A stretch of 64,000 bases of DNA from Patescibacteria group bacterium (GTDB lineage Bacteria; Patescibacteriota; Patescibacteriia; GWA2-46-9), in assembly GCA_041660005.1 (NCBI GenBank), contig JBAZXG010000006.1, forward strand, positions 1,879-65,878. The letters run 5' to 3'. The first letter of the stretch is position 1. Each line of letters opens with the position of its first letter. The notes under the pieces are model-generated. The model was not told the DNA's origin, did not search any database, and worked only from the letters and a program-made list of their open reading frames with translations. This document shows positions 61,231 to 64,000 of the stretch, one piece after another. The position numbers and the translations under genes were made by a program.

Positions 61231-62149
61231 GAAAACGTACCAGCGCGGTTTTTCCGTCTAACTGTCCAGTTTTAATTGCCAGGTCTACATCCGCTAACGC
61301 GGTGTAGGCCTCTTTTGTATGTAACGGATCTGCTGCACGCGCTACGTTTGTCAGCTTCTTAATAACATACGGATGCACGCCGAAAAGCGCTTTCTTATTG
61401 GTAGGTGATGAATCCGTCAGTAAAAAAATAATGCGTAGTTGCTGTTCCAGAAGTGTAATTAATAACTCAGGAGCCAACCCATTATCGAGTTGCTCACTCA
61501 AGCGCGGCAGAGCAGCAGCAAGATCCCCGGAAGTGATTGCCTCCACCAAACCAAAAATGTTGTCGTCAACGCTCGGAACACTGAGCTGCATTACTGTAGC
61601 AGTGTCCACTGCCGCGGCTCGCGGCAGGTAGGCGTCAATTTTCTGTATGGCATTGCTGAGGGCCCAAGGGTCATCACCTACACGGCGCAATAGGTCATCG
61701 ACAGCTGCTGGCACTATCTGACGTTCGCGATTATTAAATTCTTCTTTTACAAAACGTTGTAATTCAGCGTGTCCCATTTTCGGAAACGACTGGCAGTAAG
61801 CATGACGACGCAGCCAAGCCAAGAGTTTATGTTTAGTTTTTGGCTCATCTTCTTCATAAAAAATAATAACGTTGCCGTCTTTTACCTGTTGGCTAATTGC
61901 TTCTTCAACAGCATCAAATACGGCGAGCTTTTTTTGTGAGAATAAATTTTCAATAATGAGTAAGCGGCGGCGAGCAATCAGCGACCCCGTACTGAGGTGG
62001 TGTCGAACATCAGCAACTTCAAGCGTACTTCCGTCAATGGTACTACTCGAAAGGCCTGAACTATCAACCTCTGTATAGAACTTGTCACGCAAGGAAGCTA
62101 ACTTCTTACGCGCTCGATAACTATCGGGTCCGGTAATTAAAAAAACCAT
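61202..62149 (-). CDS. holA: DNA polymerase III delta subunit
   Basis: LITGPDSY, HPYVIKK, DLAIKTG; usual position next to rpsT. Confidence 0.9.
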   Translation of the reverse strand: MVFLITGPDSYRARKKLASLRDKFYTEVDSSGLSSSTIDGSTLEVADVRHHLSTGSLIARRRLLIIENLFSQKKLAVFDAVEEAISQQVKDGNVIIFYEEDEPKTKHKLLAWLRRHAYCQSFPKMGHAELQRFVKEEFNNRERQIVPAAVDDLLRRVGDDPWALSNAIQKIDAYLPRAAAVDTATVMQLSVPSVDDNIFGLVEAITSGDLAAALPRLSEQLDNGLAPELLITLLEQQLRIIFLLTDSSPTNKKALFGVHPYVIKKLTNVARAADPLHTKEAYTALADVDLAIKTGQLDGKTALVRFLTTYVSAKV

Positions 62150-62151
62150 AG

Positions 62152-64000
62152 TTATACGATATTGAAAGCTTTGAGATTACCCCAGCTGTCCCCTGCTTTC
62201 ATATTAACTTCAATCGGTGCGGCAAGAGAAGCAACAACAACCATAGAATCCCGCACAACTTTACCTACGAGAGCAACCTCTTCACGAGGAACCTCAAGAA
62301 CGAGTTCGTCGTGAACCTGGAGCACTAATTTTGTACGCGGCGAAATGCCAGGCAAAAGGTCAAAAACGCGAATCATAGCGAGCTTCATGATGTCCGCAGC
62401 TGTTCCTTGAACTGGCATATTTACCGCCATCCTCTCTCCGGACTGGCGCACCTGTGCTACTCCTGAATTCAATTCAGGTAAGTAGCGACGTCGTCCAAAA
62501 AGTGTTTCTGCGTATCCTAACTTTCGCGCCGACACAACCACCTCATCTAAGTATTGTTTAATGCCGTCAAACGTAGAAAAGTAACGATCAATAAACGACC
62601 GCGCTTCCTCATTTGAAAGGCCAGTTCTGGAAGCAAGCCCCCACGCTCCCATACCATAAAGAACGCCAAAGTTAACTTCTTTGGCAGCATAACGCATGGT
62701 GCTCGTAACCTCGGCTAGTGACACATTATTAATGCGGGCAGCGGTTGCCTGGTGAATATCTTCACCACGTTTAAAAATGCCGAGCATTGTTGCGTCATTA
62801 GCTAACGACGCAACAATACGCAGCTCAATTTGAGAATAGTCAGCGGACAAGAGCAGCATGCCGCTCTCGGCAATGAAAGCATTGCGAACTTCGGCACCCA
62901 GTTCGGTCCGAACCGGAATATTCTGGAGATTTGGCTCAGACGACGAAAGTCGCCCCGTTGCTGTTATGGTTTGGTTGAAACTGGTGTGGAGTCTGTTAGT
63001 CTTGCTGTCGATCATGGCAGGCAAGGCATCAAGGTAGGTCGACCGTAATTTTGCCAGTTCCCGATATTCAAGAATGGCATCAATAATAGGATGGGAGCCA
63101 CGCATCTTGTCCAATTCAGCTGCGGCAGTTGAAAATCCCGTCTTCGTTTTGCTGATGCCAGACGTTGAAAGCTTCATTTTTTCAAAAAGAATGTGACCCA
63201 ACTGTTTCGGGGAAGCTACATTGAAAGAAGTACCGGCAAGCGTGGTAATCTTCTGCTCAAGTTCCGTAAGCCGCTTACTAACGCGACTGCTCAAACGACC
63301 CAAAATAGCCGGATCAAGTTTGATACCATTTTCTTCCATGGTCGCCAAAACGGGTATGAGCGGCACCTCTATGGTAGCAAAAAGTTTCGCGAGGCCATTA
63401 TCTTGTAATGCTTGACCGAGTTTTTTAGACAACCGATAAGTGTAATCAGCATCTTCACAGGCGTACTCAGCTAGTTCATCAAGCGGTACATCCGCCATGC
63501 TCTTCTGCTCTCCCTTTGCTTCTCCAATAAGATGAGTAATAGGGATTTTTCGATGACCAAACTCAGTAAAAGTAACCGTATTTAAATCGTGCGACCGTGA
63601 TCCCGGATTCAATAAGTATGAAGCGACCATGGTATCTCCGGCTATACCCGCTAAAGAAACCCCAGCTTGCCGCAGCACTTCCATGTCATACTTAATGTTA
63701 TGCCCCCACTTTTTCACACTGCTACTTTCTAAAATGGGGCGCAATGCTTCCAAGTACTCTGCGTGCTTTGCGACGGCAATGTAATATGCTTCACCCTCAC
63801 TCCAAGAGAACGACAGACCAAGTAAGGTAGCCGCAAACGGGTTAATATCTGTTGTTTCAGTGTCGAGCGCGAAAATTTGCTGCTCTTTTATTTTCTTTAA
63901 TACCTGATCAAATGCTTTATCGTCGTTTACGAGCAAGTAGTGCTCTTGACGCTGACGGTCCTCGTGCGAGCCATTCTGACGCTCTCTTGTTTTTGCGCTC
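62152..64000 (-). CDS. polA: DNA polymerase I (5' part outside the window)
   Basis: DTETT exonuclease motif, TGRLSSSEPNLQNIP, DYSQIELR, VNFGVLYG, QVHDELV. Confidence 0.97.
   Translation of the reverse strand, partial: SAKTRERQNGSHEDRQRQEHYLLVNDDKAFDQVLKKIKEQQIFALDTETTDINPFAATLLGLSFSWSEGEAYYIAVAKHAEYLEALRPILESSSVKKWGHNIKYDMEVLRQAGVSLAGIAGDTMVASYLLNPGSRSHDLNTVTFTEFGHRKIPITHLIGEAKGEQKSMADVPLDELAEYACEDADYTYRLSKKLGQALQDNGLAKLFATIEVPLIPVLATMEENGIKLDPAILGRLSSRVSKRLTELEQKITTLAGTSFNVASPKQLGHILFEKMKLSTSGISKTKTGFSTAAAELDKMRGSHPIIDAILEYRELAKLRSTYLDALPAMIDSKTNRLHTSFNQTITATGRLSSSEPNLQNIPVRTELGAEVRNAFIAESGMLLLSADYSQIELRIVASLANDATMLGIFKRGEDIHQATAARINNVSLAEVTSTMRYAAKEVNFGVLYGMGAWGLASRTGLSNEEARSFIDRYFSTFDGIKQYLDEVVVSARKLGYAETLFGRRRYLPELNSGVAQVRQSGERMAVNMPVQGTAADIMKLAMIRVFDLLPGISPRTKLVLQVHDELVLEVPREEVALVGKVVRDSMVVVASLAAPIEVNMKAGDSWGNLKAFNIV

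Overview
64 kb of a small-genome bacterium that looks like Patescibacteria (CPR). The evidence is an unlinked 16S gene with an insertion, rpsP-khpA-trmD without rimM, a short SMC, a giant Cys-rich surface protein, pilin-like genes and many short palindromic repeats. The backbone is housekeeping: rsmA, tsaC, leuS, uvrA, secG, rnj, parB, trmD, rpsP, smc, ymdB, rny, clpP, nrnA, rbfA, infB, truB, rpsT, holA, polA, six tRNAs and 16S rRNA. Two things stand out. (1) An AT-rich, translationally coupled cluster (38.5-51.3 kb) encodes one stand-alone PEP-synthase/PPDK-type ATP-binding domain and six diverged ~500-aa proteins, each ending in a phospho-His swivel domain, plus HAD, His-phosphatase-like and Nudix enzymes. 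This resembles a split, multi-specificity rifampin-phosphotransferase-like system. (2) Divergently from it lies a promoter- and terminator-bounded ~800-nt non-coding region that folds almost completely and contains two 155-nt homologous four-way-junction domains with compensatory base changes, a candidate large structured ncRNA. Also noted: a tRNA-Leu nested inside a split tRNA-like shell, heptamer repeats invading 16S helix 6, modular repeats trailing tRNAs, in-frame palindromic insertions in leuS and the PPDK_N gene, and unannotated small ORFs. All calls are by eye; no database searches were run.
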